A stretch of DNA of 64,000 nucleotides from an uncultured Gammaproteobacteria bacterium (GTDB lineage: Bacteria > Pseudomonadota > Gammaproteobacteria > UBA9214): contig CAWHCQ010000013.1 of NCBI GenBank assembly GCA_963827755.1, positions 32,001-96,000 on the forward strand. Reading direction: 5' to 3'. Every line of letters begins with the position of its first letter. The first letter of the stretch is position 1. The translations under genes were made by a program, and so were the position numbers. A model generated the notes under the pieces. That model saw nothing but the letters and a program-made list of their open reading frames with translations. It did no database searches and was not told the DNA's origin. Below are positions 52,323 through 63,578 of this stretch, piece by piece.

Positions 52323-53258
52323 ATGTCTGCATTGATCTGCGGTTCGTTTGCCTTTGACACGATCATGGTGTTCAAGGACCGGTTCAAGAATCATATCCTG
52401 CCCGACAAGGTGCATATGCTGAATGTCTCCTTCTATGTCCCCGAGATGCGTCGCGAGTTCGGTGGCTGTGCCGGGAATATTGCCTATAACCTCATGCTGC
52501 TGGGTGGCACTCCACTACCGATGGGTACGGTCGGCGATGACTTTGCACCCTATGCCTTGTGGATGGATGGCTGTGGCATCGATCGCAGCCACGTAAAAGT
52601 TGCAAAGGGGAGCTATACGGCGCAGGCCTTTATCACCACCGACATGGACGACAACCAGATCACGGCCTTTCACCCCGGCGCCATGGATGCGGCACATCTG
52701 AACACCATCGATGATGCCGACGGAGTCACCATTGGTATCGTATCTCCGGACGGTCGCCAGGGAATGCTGGACCATGCGACACAGTTCAGTGAGGCCGGTA
52801 TCCCGTTTATTTTCGACCCGGGGCAGGGCCTGCCGATGTACGACGGCGATGAACTGATTGATTTCATCGACAAGTCGACCTGGGTGTGCGTGAATGATTA
52901 CGAGTCCCAGCTGCTGCAGGAACGCACCGGCATGTCACCGCATGAAATCGCTGAACGGGTGGAGGCGCTCATCGTCACGCTTGGCGGGGAAGGCGCGCAC
53001 ATCTATACCGATAACAGTCGCATCGACATCCCGGCCGCGCCTGCCACTCATTTGCACGACCCGACCGGCTGCGGCGATGCCTTCCGCGGCGGCCTGTTAT
53101 ACGGCCTGATGAACCGGCTGGACTGGGAAACCACCGGTCGTATCGCAGCGCTCATGGGTGCCATCAAGATCGAGCATCACGGCACCCAGAATCACAGCTT
53201 TACCCCGGATGAGTTCGCCGAGCGTTACCGGAAATGCTTCGGTTCGGAGATAGCCTAG
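52323..53258 (+). CDS. PfkB-family nucleoside (adenosine) kinase
   Basis: GSFAFDTIM, GGCAGNIAY, FDPGQ, DPTGCGDAFRGG. Confidence 0.85.
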   Translation: MSALICGSFAFDTIMVFKDRFKNHILPDKVHMLNVSFYVPEMRREFGGCAGNIAYNLMLLGGTPLPMGTVGDDFAPYALWMDGCGIDRSHVKVAKGSYTAQAFITTDMDDNQITAFHPGAMDAAHLNTIDDADGVTIGIVSPDGRQGMLDHATQFSEAGIPFIFDPGQGLPMYDGDELIDFIDKSTWVCVNDYESQLLQERTGMSPHEIAERVEALIVTLGGEGAHIYTDNSRIDIPAAPATHLHDPTGCGDAFRGGLLYGLMNRLDWETTGRIAALMGAIKIEHHGTQNHSFTPDEFAERYRKCFGSEIA

Positions 53259-53280
53259 GGGGTTTCCGGTTTAATCGGGA

Positions 53281-53995
53281 TGTTGGGGCGCCTTGCAGGC
53301 GCGGTTTTTATTTGTATGCGGGCTCTCGCGCCCGCCGGCGAGGTACTTTCTCTTGCTTCGCCACAAGAGAAAGTACCCAAAGAGAAAGGCACCCGGAGCA
53401 CTCACCGCTCAGGCAATACTCATGCTGTCAATGAGCTAATACGGTCCCCTGCGTTCCTCGCCAATCCGGGGGCCGCGCACAACTCGCAATCTCGCTGCGC
53501 TCGAAAGCTCAGACAGGGTGCGCGGCTATTCCCCGGATTGGCTGCGGTACTCGGTGAGTGCTACGGGAGGGGTAGATCAACCCCCCATACTCACCGATTG
53601 GGGTTTGATCTACCCCTCCCGTAGGCGCAGCCGAGCATCGCAGTGAAAACCGGATGAAGCATGCGCCCTGTCTGAGCTTTCGAGCGCAGCGAGATTGCGA
53701 GTTGCGCATGCGCCGGTTTTCGCGAGAAGCGCAGGGAACCCGCGCAGCGGGCAAGCCTCCGGGCCGCCTTTCTTTTGGATACGTTTCTTTGGCGGAGCAA
53801 AGAAAAGTATCTCGCCGCGCGGGCGCGAGAGCCCGCATCCAAATAAAACCGCGCCTGTAAGGCGCTCCAACAAAGAAATCAGCGGAGCGGAGAAAGGTGC
53901 CTCGCCGGCGGGCGCGAGAGCCCGCATTCAATAAAACCAGCGCCTGCAAGGCGCTCCTCCAAGTTAGCGAAGCAAAACAAAGAAAAGCACCCCAC
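53281..53995. repeat. giant imperfect palindrome, copy 2 (53281-53872), plus an extra terminal fragment
   Basis: Same arms and central spacer as 37623-38380; extra partial end at 53899-53995. Confidence 0.9.
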
Positions 53996-53997
53996 CC

Positions 53998-54498
53998 TCA
54001 GGCATTCATGCAGCACTTCTTGTATTTTTTACCGCTGCCGCAGGGGCAGGGCTCGTTGCGGCCGATCTTGGGTGCTTCGCGCCTGGCCGGGCCGTCGCTG
54101 ATCATCTTGCCGTCGAAAAAGTACCAGGTCCCGTCCGCTTTTCTGAATTCGGCCAGTTCATGGTGTGTCAGCGGGCTGCCGTGGCGCTTGTAAGTGACCT
54201 TGAATTCAACCAGGCCGCTGCTGTCATCGATGCCGCCCTGTTCGGTCCTGACGATTTCAAGCCCCTGCCAGTCGGCATCCCTGGCCCATTTGGCTGCGCC
54301 GGCCTCGTCGAAATCGTCGCGTTCTTTCGAGTGCAGGGTGCGGGAAAGATAGGGAATATCCTCCAGCACATAGGCCGTATAGCGTGAGCGCATCAATGCC
54401 TCGGCGGTGGGCGCCGGGGTGGTTCCCTTGATGCAGGGTTCGCAGCACTCGGCAAAGGGTTTGCCGGATTGACAGTAACATTCCCGGGTTTCGCTCAT
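53998..54498 (-). CDS. ychJ: YchJ-family SEC-C motif protein
   Basis: CYCQSGK...[32 protein letters not shown]. Confidence 0.9.
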   Translation of the reverse strand: MSETRECYCQSGKPFAECCEPCIKGTTPAPTAEALMRSRYTAYVLEDIPYLSRTLHSKERDDFDEAGAAKWARDADWQGLEIVRTEQGGIDDSSGLVEFKVTYKRHGSPLTHHELAEFRKADGTWYFFDGKMISDGPARREAPKIGRNEPCPCGSGKKYKKCCMNA

Positions 54499-54589
54499 GC
54501 TGATCCTGTTTTTGTGTGCTTATGTTCAGAGGCAATTCTTTTAGCGAACTGCATGCGGCTTGTCAAATAACCGTGATCACAGGGCTTGA

Positions 54590-54991
54590 TTATTTCTTGA
54601 TATGTTTGATATAGCGCGGATGCCCGATTTGTTCCAGTTGCATGCTCTCGCCCTCGATCGAGAAGCCCATGCTTGCACCCGCCGTTTTGAGTGTACATGC
54701 CACCCCGCCACGCCAGTTGATGGGCAGCGGCGCGTGATTGCGATAGGTGTAGATGTTGTCGGTCATGTCGCCCCCCGCCACCTCGCAGGGGCATTCAGGC
54801 AGTTCGCCCTCAAGCTCGATACCCTTGATGGTCAGGTTCACAGCCTGGGTCCAGAGTGAATCCTCGAACGTCCCTTCCATTTCCTGTACCAGGTTGACCC
54901 GGGAGAAGTGCAGGGTGATCTGGTCGTCACCCTGTTCAATCGACTCCAGCTGTGCACCGGGTAATTGCAAAAAATATGTCGTATCGCTCAT
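54590..54991 (-). CDS. hypothetical protein (133 aa)
   Basis: Clean ORF with host-like codon use and a purine-rich upstream region; no family recognised. Confidence 0.7.
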   Translation of the reverse strand: MSDTTYFLQLPGAQLESIEQGDDQITLHFSRVNLVQEMEGTFEDSLWTQAVNLTIKGIELEGELPECPCEVAGGDMTDNIYTYRNHAPLPINWRGGVACTLKTAGASMGFSIEGESMQLEQIGHPRYIKHIKK

Positions 54992-55058
54992 GGTTATTGC
55001 CTTTATAACTCCCTCTCCCTGTTTATATCTACTCGTACCGGCCTTTCCCCGGAGGGGG

Positions 55059-57161
55059 TTAGTGATCCGTTATCTCCGGTGTTGCGGGTTCTGATTTAGA
55101 GAGTTGTGCATCGAAACTCTCCAGCCCGGTAACGGGCTCGCCGCACACCAGGCCGTTACAGATGTAGGCAACCACATCGCTGCCGGGACTGCGTTCTGCA
55201 AGCCCGGCAGGCAACCCAACGGCTGTTGCAGGGATGGCCAGGGTGATTCTGGAAGGCGCATAAACCCTTGCAGCACGTGCATGCCAGTCATTCAGCGAAC
55301 GACCGTCGCCGCGGATGATAACAGTCTGGAATCCCAGCAGGGATTCTTCCAGTGCCAGCAGCAGGCTGGTGTGTGCATGCGGCATGTCCCTGATGCCGGC
55401 CCAGATACTTTTCAGCGTGTTCTCGGCCGCTTCCAGGTAGCGGCTTTCGCCGAGGATGTGGCCAAGGCGGCCAAGCACCTTGGCGGCGATGCCGTTGCCC
55501 GCGGGTGTGGCATCGTCATGATCCGGCCTGGGACGGTGGATGAGGGCTTCATGGTCATTCGAGGTAAAGAAGAATCCGCCTGCCGGGTCCTGGAAATGCC
55601 CGAGTACGACTTCCGCGAGTTCAATGGCAAATTGCAGGTCACCGTCCCGCCAGCGCACCTGCAGCAGTTCGAGGATGCCGTCGATCAGGTAGACATAATC
55701 ATCGAGGTAGGCATTCAGGTGTGCATGACCGTCCTTGCAAGTCGCCAGCAGGCGGCCGTTTTTCCAGAGGGTGCTGTGGATAAAGTCGAGTGAGCGTTCC
55801 GCCGAGTCGACCCAGCCGGTTTCATTCAGGTAGCGGCCCGCCATGGCCATGCCGCGGATCATCAGGCCGTTCCATGATGTCAGTACCTTGTCATCCCGGC
55901 CGGGGTGAACCCGTTGCTTGCGCAGCTGGAACAGGGTTTCGCGGGCGCGCATGACGGCTTGTTCGATCACGGACGGGTGCTGTGAAAATTCCTCGCCGAG
56001 TTGCGCACAGCTGCGGTAGACGTGCAGGTGCCACTTGCCTTCAAAATTGGCAGGCCGGTCCAGGCCATAGCGGCGGGCAAAAATCGCGTAGTCTTCCTCG
56101 CCAATCTGTGTGCGCACCTCCTCCGGCGTCCACGCATAGAACCTGCCTTCCTCGCCCTCGGAATCGGCGTCCAGGCTGGAGTAGTAGCCGCCATCAGGCG
56201 CCTGCATTTCCCGCATCACCCAGCCTGCGGTGTGCTGGCAGGTGCGTTTGAACAGCGGATTGGCGGTGGCGGCCCAGGCCTCGGCATACAGGGCGAGCAG
56301 GGCGCCGTTGTCATAGAGCATTTTCTCGAAATGCGGAATCATCCAGCGCGCGTCGACCGAGTAGCGGCAGAAGCCGCCCCCGAGCTGATCGAAGATGCCG
56401 CCATGTGCCATCTTTTCCAGCGAAAAGACGGCCATGTGTAATGCCCGCCTGTCCGGTTCACCGGAGCTGGAGTTGCCCCTGGCCCAGTGACGTAACAGCC
56501 GTTCGATGCTGGTTGGATGGGGGAATTTCGGCGCCTCGCCGAAGCCGCCTTCGCGTTCATCGAAATTCCTTTCCAGTTGCTGTCTTGCCGCATCCAGCGG
56601 TGCCGGGTTGAGACTTTCGCTTGCCGGGGAGCGGGCTGACATCGATTGCAGGGCATTGATCAACGAGGTGTTCTGCGTCCTGATTTCGTCGCCGCGCTCG
56701 GCCAGGAAGCTGTCGATATGCTGCATCAGTTCGCGAAATGACGGCATGCCGTGGCGCGGCTTGTCCGGGAAATAGGTGCCGGCAAAAAACGGCACATGGT
56801 CATCCGGTGTGAGAAACACGGTCAACGGCCAGCCGCCCGGGCGCCGGGTCAGCAGTGAATGGGCCGTCTGGTAGATCTTGTCGATGTCCGGACGTTCTTC
56901 CCGGTCAACCTTGATGTTGATGAACAGCCGGTTCATCAGTTCGGCCGTGGCCTCGTCCTCAAAGGACTCGTGGGCCATCACGTGGCACCAGTGGCAGGCC
57001 GAGTAGCCGATGGAGAGGAGGATGGGCTTGTTCTCTGTACGCGCCTTTTCCAGCGCCTCCGGCCCCCAGGGATACCAGTCGACCGGGTTGCCGGCATGCT
57101 GCAGCAGGTAGGGACTGGTCTCGTGGGCGAGATGATTGCCGGAGTCGTTCTGTTGTTTCAT
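55059..57161 (-). CDS. thioredoxin-domain DUF255/YyaL protein
   Basis: [45 protein letters not shown]. Confidence 0.92.
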   Translation of the reverse strand: MKQQNDSGNHLAHETSPYLLQHAGNPVDWYPWGPEALEKARTENKPILLSIGYSACHWCHVMAHESFEDEATAELMNRLFINIKVDREERPDIDKIYQTAHSLLTRRPGGWPLTVFLTPDDHVPFFAGTYFPDKPRHGMPSFRELMQHIDSFLAERGDEIRTQNTSLINALQSMSARSPASESLNPAPLDAARQQLERNFDEREGGFGEAPKFPHPTSIERLLRHWARGNSSSGEPDRRALHMAVFSLEKMAHGGIFDQLGGGFCRYSVDARWMIPHFEKMLYDNGALLALYAEAWAATANPLFKRTCQHTAGWVMREMQAPDGGYYSSLDADSEGEEGRFYAWTPEEVRTQIGEEDYAIFARRYGLDRPANFEGKWHLHVYRSCAQLGEEFSQHPSVIEQAVMRARETLFQLRKQRVHPGRDDKVLTSWNGLMIRGMAMAGRYLNETGWVDSAERSLDFIHSTLWKNGRLLATCKDGHAHLNAYLDDYVYLIDGILELLQVRWRDGDLQFAIELAEVVLGHFQDPAGGFFFTSNDHEALIHRPRPDHDDATPAGNGIAAKVLGRLGHILGESRYLEAAENTLKSIWAGIRDMPHAHTSLLLALEESLLGFQTVIIRGDGRSLNDWHARAARVYAPSRITLAIPATAVGLPAGLAERSPGSDVVAYICNGLVCGEPVTGLESFDAQLSKSEPATPEITDH

Positions 57162-57349
57162 ATCAGCTGCGTGTTCCGTCGTCCTGTCCGCGCCCCGGTA
57201 AGTGGCGTTGTACTATATCGGAACACCTGTAAGCTGTCTTCGCAAATACGTGTTTACACCCACATGCTGTAAGGTAATGACATGGATCGATTGATTCACA
57301 CCCCGGTGTGCAACAAGGCGCCAGGACTCCCGGTACGTCGCACGAGCGA

Positions 57350-58939
57350 ATGAGTCTGCGTGCCGCAGCATGGCCGGGTCTGCTGGCTGCGTGGCTGCTC
57401 GTCCTGTTGACGGCGCTGCTGACGCGTTCGCTGGTCCCGGTCGATGAAACGCGCTATGCCGGCGTTGCCTGGGAGATGTGGTCCCGCGGTGATTTCCTGG
57501 TCCCCCGGCTCAACGGTGAACCCTACAGCCACAAGCCGCCCCTGTTTTTCTGGCTGGTGCATGCCGGCTGGTGGCTGTTCGGAGTAAAGGAGTGGGTGGT
57601 GCGCGCGGTTGCCCCGCTCACGGCATTGCTGGTGCTGCTGGCAAGCGGATACCTCGCCCGGCAATTGTGGCCGAAGGCGGACACGGCAGCATGGCTGGTA
57701 CCCTGGGTCCTGTTCGGCAGCATCTTTTACTGCGCGTTCTACAGCTGGGTGCAGATCGACATGCTGCTGGTGTTGTTCACGGTGCTGGCGATGACCGGCC
57801 TGGTCAGGGCAGCGCAGGGCCGTGGCAGCGGCTGGATCGTGACCGGCTGCGCCATCGGCCTGGGTGTGCTGGCAAAGGGGCCGGTAATCCTGCTGCATGT
57901 CTTGCCGGTTGCCCTGCTGGCGCCGCTATGGAAACGCGATGCCGCCGCGCGCTTCTGGCCGGCCTGGTACACGGGTGTGCTGGCGAGCGTGGCGCTGGGC
58001 GCGGTGATTGCACTGGCCTGGGCCTTGCCGGCCGCACAGGCCGGTGGCGAGGCCTATCGGAACGCCATCCTCTGGGGGCAAACCGCAAACCGGCTGGTGA
58101 GTTCGTTTGCCCATAATCACCCGCCGTGGTGGTATCTCCCGTGGCTGGCCGTGCTGCTTGCGCCCTGGTGTTTTCTCCCCTGGCTGTGGTCGGGCCTGCG
58201 CCGCGCGAAACCGGCCAGGGATGAAGGCCTGCGCTTTTGCCTGGTCTGGCTGCTATCGGTATTTGCGCTGCTCAGCCTGGTGAGTGGCAAGCAGCTCAAA
58301 TACCTGTTGCCCCTGCAACCGGCCGTTGCCCTGCTGGTGAGCCGCGTGGCGGGCCTGCAGGATTCTGCGCAGGTCAGGGGGCGTCCCTGGCTGTTGGCCG
58401 GTGTGTTGCTGGTCACGGGTGCGGCCGTGATGCTGCTCCCGTTTGTGTTGCACAAGCCGGCATGGATCAACGAGGTCCATCCCGTCTGGGGCGGACTGCT
58501 GATGATTGCCGCCATCACGGTTGTTCTGCTGCGCCCGGTTCCTGCCGCGCCCTGCCTGCTGCGGATTTCCCTGTTATCCGTATTTGTCATCGCTGTTGTG
58601 CAACTGGGTGTATTCAGGCCGGCGGCACCGGCCTATGACCTGCAGGCGGCCAGCCGGCTGCTTGCAAGGGCGCAGCAGGCGGGGCGCACGGTGGCCGTCA
58701 CCAGCCGTTACCATGGCCAGTTCGGATTTTATGGCCGCCTGACGCAACCGATCCTGTATATTCCCGATGACAGCGTCGTGGCATGGGCAGCGCAGCACCC
58801 GGATGCCTGCCTGGTGCTGGTCTACCGCGATGGCCGGGATGAATATCCACGGGCGCTGTTTTCCCAGCCTTATCGCGGTGGCCGGCTTGTCATCAGCGAA
58901 GCCCGGGCGATAACTGCGCCTGCCGATCTGCCACATTAG
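57350..58939 (+). CDS. ArnT/PMT (GT39-like) membrane glycosyltransferase
   Basis: DETRY..VAWEM, YSHKPPLFFW, LAKGP, many TM segments. Confidence 0.87.
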   Translation: MSLRAAAWPGLLAAWLLVLLTALLTRSLVPVDETRYAGVAWEMWSRGDFLVPRLNGEPYSHKPPLFFWLVHAGWWLFGVKEWVVRAVAPLTALLVLLASGYLARQLWPKADTAAWLVPWVLFGSIFYCAFYSWVQIDMLLVLFTVLAMTGLVRAAQGRGSGWIVTGCAIGLGVLAKGPVILLHVLPVALLAPLWKRDAAARFWPAWYTGVLASVALGAVIALAWALPAAQAGGEAYRNAILWGQTANRLVSSFAHNHPPWWYLPWLAVLLAPWCFLPWLWSGLRRAKPARDEGLRFCLVWLLSVFALLSLVSGKQLKYLLPLQPAVALLVSRVAGLQDSAQVRGRPWLLAGVLLVTGAAVMLLPFVLHKPAWINEVHPVWGGLLMIAAITVVLLRPVPAAPCLLRISLLSVFVIAVVQLGVFRPAAPAYDLQAASRLLARAQQAGRTVAVTSRYHGQFGFYGRLTQPILYIPDDSVVAWAAQHPDACLVLVYRDGRDEYPRALFSQPYRGGRLVISEARAITAPADLPH

Positions 58940-58951
58940 CCAGGAAACACG

Positions 58952-60151
58952 ATGACAACGACAGACTTGCCGGTACTGATACTGAAAAAGAATGAAGACC
59001 GCCGTCTGCGGGCCGGGCATCTCTGGGTCTACAGCAACGAGGTTGATACCGGGAAGACACCGCTCAACGGGTTCGAGCCGGGCAGTCTTGCGGTGGTCCA
59101 GTCTGCAAGCGGACAGGCACTGGGTGCGGCCTATGTGAACCCGCACTCCCTGATCTGTGCACGGCTCTACAGCCGGCGTCCGCGCAGCGCGTTTGACGCG
59201 GCATTTTTCGAACGGCGTTTCAGGTCGGCCCTGGCGTTGCGTGAATCACTCTTTGAGCGTCCATTTTATCGAATGGTATTTGGCGAGAGCGATGGCCTGC
59301 CCGGCCTGGTCGTCGATCGCTATGCCGACGTGCTGGTCGTGCAGATCACCACGGCCGGAATGGAAAGGGTCCGCGCGGTTATCCTCGAGGCCTTGCAGCA
59401 GGTCGTGGCACCTGCCGGTATCCTGCTGCTCAATGATAACCCGGTGCGCACCCTGGAAGGCCTTGACCAGGTCACGGAGGTGATCGGCGCGGTACCCGAA
59501 AGCGTATTCCTGGAAGAGGGCGGGGCACGTTTCGAAGTGCCGCTGGGTGGCGGGCAGAAGACCGGCTGGTTCTTTGACCAGCGTGATAACCGGCTGGCGA
59601 TGCACAAGTATGTGAAGGGCAAGCGGGTGCTGGATGCCTTCAGTTATATCGGTGCCTGGGGTGTGCAGGCTGCCGTGGCAGGTGCATCTGAAGTGTGCTG
59701 CGTGGATTCTTCCAGCGCTGCGCTGGAGTTCATTCGCAGAAATGCCGTGGCGAATAACGTGGCTGACAGGCTCAGCATTGAAGGTGGTGATGCTTTTGAT
59801 ATCATGGGCGCCATGAAAGAGGCTGGCCGCAAGTTCGATGTTGTGATTGTTGATCCGCCCGCCTTCATAAAACGGCGCAAGAATATTAAAGCGGGCGAAC
59901 AGGGTTATGCCCGTTTGAACCGTCTGGCAATGCAGTTACTCGGGCCGGACGGGATACTGGTATCCTGCTCCTGTTCCATGCATCTGACCGAGGCGCGCCT
60001 GCAGGGTATCCTGCTGCAATCAGCCCGCAAGCTGGCCCGCCATCTGCAGATCATCGAGCGTGGTTTCCAGGCGATTGATCACCCGGTGCATCCGGCCATA
60101 CCGGAGACCGCCTATCTGAAGGCCCTGTTTTGCCGCATACCGGCAACCTGA
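58952..60151 (+). CDS. rlmI: 23S rRNA m5C1962 methyltransferase (RlmI-like)
   Basis: GHLWVYSNE PUA domain, GQKTGWFFDQR, DPPAF, SCS. Confidence 0.88.
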   Translation: MTTTDLPVLILKKNEDRRLRAGHLWVYSNEVDTGKTPLNGFEPGSLAVVQSASGQALGAAYVNPHSLICARLYSRRPRSAFDAAFFERRFRSALALRESLFERPFYRMVFGESDGLPGLVVDRYADVLVVQITTAGMERVRAVILEALQQVVAPAGILLLNDNPVRTLEGLDQVTEVIGAVPESVFLEEGGARFEVPLGGGQKTGWFFDQRDNRLAMHKYVKGKRVLDAFSYIGAWGVQAAVAGASEVCCVDSSSAALEFIRRNAVANNVADRLSIEGGDAFDIMGAMKEAGRKFDVVIVDPPAFIKRRKNIKAGEQGYARLNRLAMQLLGPDGILVSCSCSMHLTEARLQGILLQSARKLARHLQIIERGFQAIDHPVHPAIPETAYLKALFCRIPAT

Positions 60152-60172
60152 TACCCGTCCCGGAAATACTTC

Positions 60173-60970
60173 ATGCTGCACTATCCCGAGATTGATCCTG
60201 TTGCCGTTTCCTTTGGTGTCTTCGAGGTGCACTGGTACGGTCTCATGTACCTGCTTGCGTTTGTTGCCGGCTGGTGGCTTGGAGTAGTGCGCACGCGACG
60301 TGCGGGGACTGAATGGCGTGCGAATGAGATCAGTGACCTGCTGTTTTATGTTGCGCTGGGTGTGATACTCGGCGGGCGTATCGGCTATACCCTGGCCTAT
60401 AATTTCAGCAGTTTCATGGCCGACCCGCTGCTGATCTTTCGTATCTGGCAGGGTGGAATGTCCTACCACGGCGGCATGGTCGGCGTATTCGTGGCCATGT
60501 GGATGTATGCGCGGCATACCGGGCGCACCTTCTTTGTCGTGACCGACTATCTTGCCCCGCTGGTGCCAATCGGGCTGGGTGCCGGTCGCCTGGGTAATTT
60601 TATCAACGGTGAATTGTGGGGCCGACCGACTGATCTTCCCTGGGGCATGGTCTTTCCCTATGTGGACTCGCTGCCGCGGCATCCGTCCATGCTCTATGAA
60701 TTATTGCTCGAGGGGATCGTGTTTTTTGCCATCCTGTGGATTTATTCACGCAAGCCGCGGCCGACCATGGCCGTTTCCGGCCTGTATCTGCTATGTTATG
60801 GCGTGTTCAGGTTCGCTGTTGAATTTGTCCGCGTGCCGGATGCGCATATCGGCTTCCTCGCCTTTGACTGGCTGACCATGGGGCACTTGCTGTCTTTTCC
60901 CATGATCATTATCGGGCTTGTATTTTTTGTGTATGCCTTGCGACGCACGGATGGCAAGGTGAGCTGGTAA
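60173..60970 (+). CDS. lgt: prolipoprotein diacylglyceryl transferase
   Basis: HWYGLMY, GGMSYHGG, GRLGNFINGELWGR, RHPSMLYE. Confidence 0.96.
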   Translation: MLHYPEIDPVAVSFGVFEVHWYGLMYLLAFVAGWWLGVVRTRRAGTEWRANEISDLLFYVALGVILGGRIGYTLAYNFSSFMADPLLIFRIWQGGMSYHGGMVGVFVAMWMYARHTGRTFFVVTDYLAPLVPIGLGAGRLGNFINGELWGRPTDLPWGMVFPYVDSLPRHPSMLYELLLEGIVFFAILWIYSRKPRPTMAVSGLYLLCYGVFRFAVEFVRVPDAHIGFLAFDWLTMGHLLSFPMIIIGLVFFVYALRRTDGKVSW

Positions 60971-60989
60971 GTGACGTCTGGTATTTACT

Positions 60990-61056
60990 GTAGGAGCGGA
61001 TCTCATCCGCGATAATTCTGCATGAATACCTGTCGCGCTTGAGAAGCGCTCCTGCA
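60990..61056. repeat. inverted REP heterodimer (GTAGGAGCG family)
   Basis: GTAGGAGCGGATCTCATCCGCGA ... TCGCGCTTGAGAAGCGCTCCTGC. Confidence 0.8.
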
Positions 61057-61107
61057 GGTCACTGCTCTTCCGGAGCGGAGCTGAAACAGGGGAGTGACGG
61101 AGTAAAA

Positions 61108-61902
61108 ATGAAGCAGTATCTCGACTTGATGCGGCATGTGCGTGATCACGGTGCCCGCAAGGAAGACCGCACCGGGACCGGGACACTGAGTGTCTTCGGT
61201 TACCAGATGCGTTTTGACCTGGCGCAGGGTTTTCCGCTGGTTACCACCAAGAAAATACACCTGCGTTCCATCCTGCATGAATTGCTGTGGTTTTTGAAAG
61301 GCGATACCAATATCCGTTACCTGCATCAGAACAAGGTGACGATCTGGGACGAGTGGGCCGATGAGCAGGGTGATCTCGGGCCGGTGTATGGCTACCAGTG
61401 GCGCTCCTGGCCGACAGCGGACGGGCGACATATCGACCAGATCAGCCAGGTGATTCACCAGATCAGGAATAACCCGGACTCGCGGCGTATCATCGTCAGC
61501 GCCTGGAATGTCGCTGATATCGAAAACATGGCCCTGCCGCCCTGCCATGCCTTTTTCCAGTTCTACGTGACCGACGGGAAACTGTCCTGCCAGTTGTACC
61601 AGCGCAGTGCCGATATCTTTCTCGGTGTGCCGTTCAATATTGCATCCTATGCACTGTTGCTGCAGATGATGGCGCAGGTGACCGGGCTGCAGGCGGGCGA
61701 ATTTGTGCATACCTTCGGCGATGCGCATCTGTATCTGAATCACCTCGAGCAGGTCGAGCTGCAATTGTCACGCTCACCGCATACCCTGCCGGTGATGCAG
61801 CTCAATCCCGATATAAAAGACCTGTTCGATTTCAGCTTTGACGATTTCGAGCTGACCAACTATGACCCGCATCCGCATATCAAGGCGCCGGTTGCGGTCT
61901 GA
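61108..61902 (+). CDS. thyA: thymidylate synthase
   Basis: DRTGTGT, MALPPCH, YQRSAD, PFNIASY. Confidence 0.97.
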   Translation: MKQYLDLMRHVRDHGARKEDRTGTGTLSVFGYQMRFDLAQGFPLVTTKKIHLRSILHELLWFLKGDTNIRYLHQNKVTIWDEWADEQGDLGPVYGYQWRSWPTADGRHIDQISQVIHQIRNNPDSRRIIVSAWNVADIENMALPPCHAFFQFYVTDGKLSCQLYQRSADIFLGVPFNIASYALLLQMMAQVTGLQAGEFVHTFGDAHLYLNHLEQVELQLSRSPHTLPVMQLNPDIKDLFDFSFDDFELTNYDPHPHIKAPVAV

Positions 61903-61910
61903 CTCCAGGC

Positions 61911-62411
61911 ATGAAGATTTCCATTGTCGTGGCGATGGCCGCCAACCGGGTGATCGGCAGGGACAACCAGCTGCCCTGGCACCTGCCCGCGGACCTGAAG
62001 CATTTCAGGGAAACCACCATGGGCAAGCCGATCCTCATGGGGCGCAAGACCTGGGAGTCGATTGGCCGGCCATTGCCGGGGCGCACGAGTATCGTCATTA
62101 CCCGTGATGAAGACTATGAAGCACCCGGCTGCATCGTGGTGCATTCCATCGAGGCCGCCCTGCAGGCCGCGGGAGAACAGGATGAGGTGATGGTGATCGG
62201 TGGCGCGGAGTTTTACCGCCAGGTGCTGGCGCATGCCGATACCATTTACCTGACCCTTGTCCACCGGGACTTCGAGGGCGATACCCGCTTCCCGCGGCTG
62301 GATGAAGCCGAGTGGGAGGAGACCGGGCGGGTTGATTGTGAGGCCGATGAGAGCAACCCGTATGCCTGGAGTTTTATCAGGCTTGACCGGGTGCGTGCGC
62401 AGGACGATTGA
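61911..62411 (+). CDS. folA: dihydrofolate reductase
   Basis: LPWHLPADL, MGRKTWES, IGGAE, GDTRFP. Confidence 0.96.
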   Translation: MKISIVVAMAANRVIGRDNQLPWHLPADLKHFRETTMGKPILMGRKTWESIGRPLPGRTSIVITRDEDYEAPGCIVVHSIEAALQAAGEQDEVMVIGGAEFYRQVLAHADTIYLTLVHRDFEGDTRFPRLDEAEWEETGRVDCEADESNPYAWSFIRLDRVRAQDD

Positions 62412-62412
62412 C

Positions 62413-63558
62413 TTGAGCAAGACAGTTAACCCGCTGGGTGAACTTGCCGCGGAACGTTTCCTGAAGGACTACTGGCAAAAGCAGCCCCTGGTCATCCGGC
62501 AGGCCTTTGCGGGTTTTCAGTCACCGATCAGTGCCGAAGAGCTGGCAGGCCTGGCCTGTGAAGACGGCGTGGATTCCAGGATCGTGATCGAGAAGGGCGG
62601 CGAACATCCGTGGCAGACGATTTATGGCCCGATGGATGAAGCGGTTTTCAGCACCTTGCCGGAAACGCACTGGACCCTGCTGGTGAATGATGTAGAAAAA
62701 CATATCCCGGGCCTCGCCTGGGTTGTCGACAGCTTCAGGTTCATTCCCGAGTGGCGCATCGATGACCTGATGATCAGTTATGCACCCGAGGGCGGGTCTG
62801 TCGGTCCGCACCTGGACCAGTACGATGCATTTATCCTGCAGGCGCAGGGCCACCGGCGCTGGCAGATACATAGCCGCGAGGTTGCCGCTGACAACCAGGT
62901 CGCGAATACCGATTTGCGCATCCACAGGGATTTTGTTGCCGAGCAGGAATGGTTGCTTGAACCCGGCGACATGATTTACCTGCCGCCCGGCGTGTCCCAT
63001 TACGGTGTGGCAACCGATGACTGCCTGAGTTTTTCGATCGGCTTTCGTGCAGCCACCCATGCTGAAATGCTGGAAAGCTATGTCGGCCATATCAGCGAGG
63101 GCCTGCCCGCCGAGCTGACTTACCGGGATCCTTCCCTGCAGGTGCAGCGCCATCCAAACGAAATTACGGCCGCTACCATGGAAGCGGTAAGGTCCATGCT
63201 CGGCGAATACCTGAAACCGGATAACCCGGCATTCCCGGCCTGGTTCGGGCGCTTCGTCAGCGAGACGAAGGCGGACCTGTTGATCGGGAACGATGACCGT
63301 TTTGACGATCTTTCAACGTTGGTATCTGTGCACGCGGCACTTGTCCGCAACCCGGCAAGTCGTTTTGCATTCTGGCAGGATAACAACAATGTGCTGTTGT
63401 TTGTTGATGGCAGCGAGTTCCGGGTAACTTCTGCCTTTGCAGAATCGTTGTGTGATCAACGCGAGATCGACGCAGCTGCCCTGTCCGAATCCATAACGGC
63501 TGACGAGGCCGGGTTGTTGCTGGACTTTTACAACAGCGGCAAGTTGATTCCTGGTTGA
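62413..63558 (+). CDS. roxA: JmjC/cupin ribosomal protein L16 hydroxylase-like
   Basis: FLKDYWQKQP, WRIDDLMIS, VGPHLDQYD, PGDMIYLPP..SH; TTG start inferred. Confidence 0.85.
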   Translation: MSKTVNPLGELAAERFLKDYWQKQPLVIRQAFAGFQSPISAEELAGLACEDGVDSRIVIEKGGEHPWQTIYGPMDEAVFSTLPETHWTLLVNDVEKHIPGLAWVVDSFRFIPEWRIDDLMISYAPEGGSVGPHLDQYDAFILQAQGHRRWQIHSREVAADNQVANTDLRIHRDFVAEQEWLLEPGDMIYLPPGVSHYGVATDDCLSFSIGFRAATHAEMLESYVGHISEGLPAELTYRDPSLQVQRHPNEITAATMEAVRSMLGEYLKPDNPAFPAWFGRFVSETKADLLIGNDDRFDDLSTLVSVHAALVRNPASRFAFWQDNNNVLLFVDGSEFRVTSAFAESLCDQREIDAAALSESITADEAGLLLDFYNSGKLIPG

Positions 63559-63578
63559 TGCGAGGTTATCGGAAGGAG

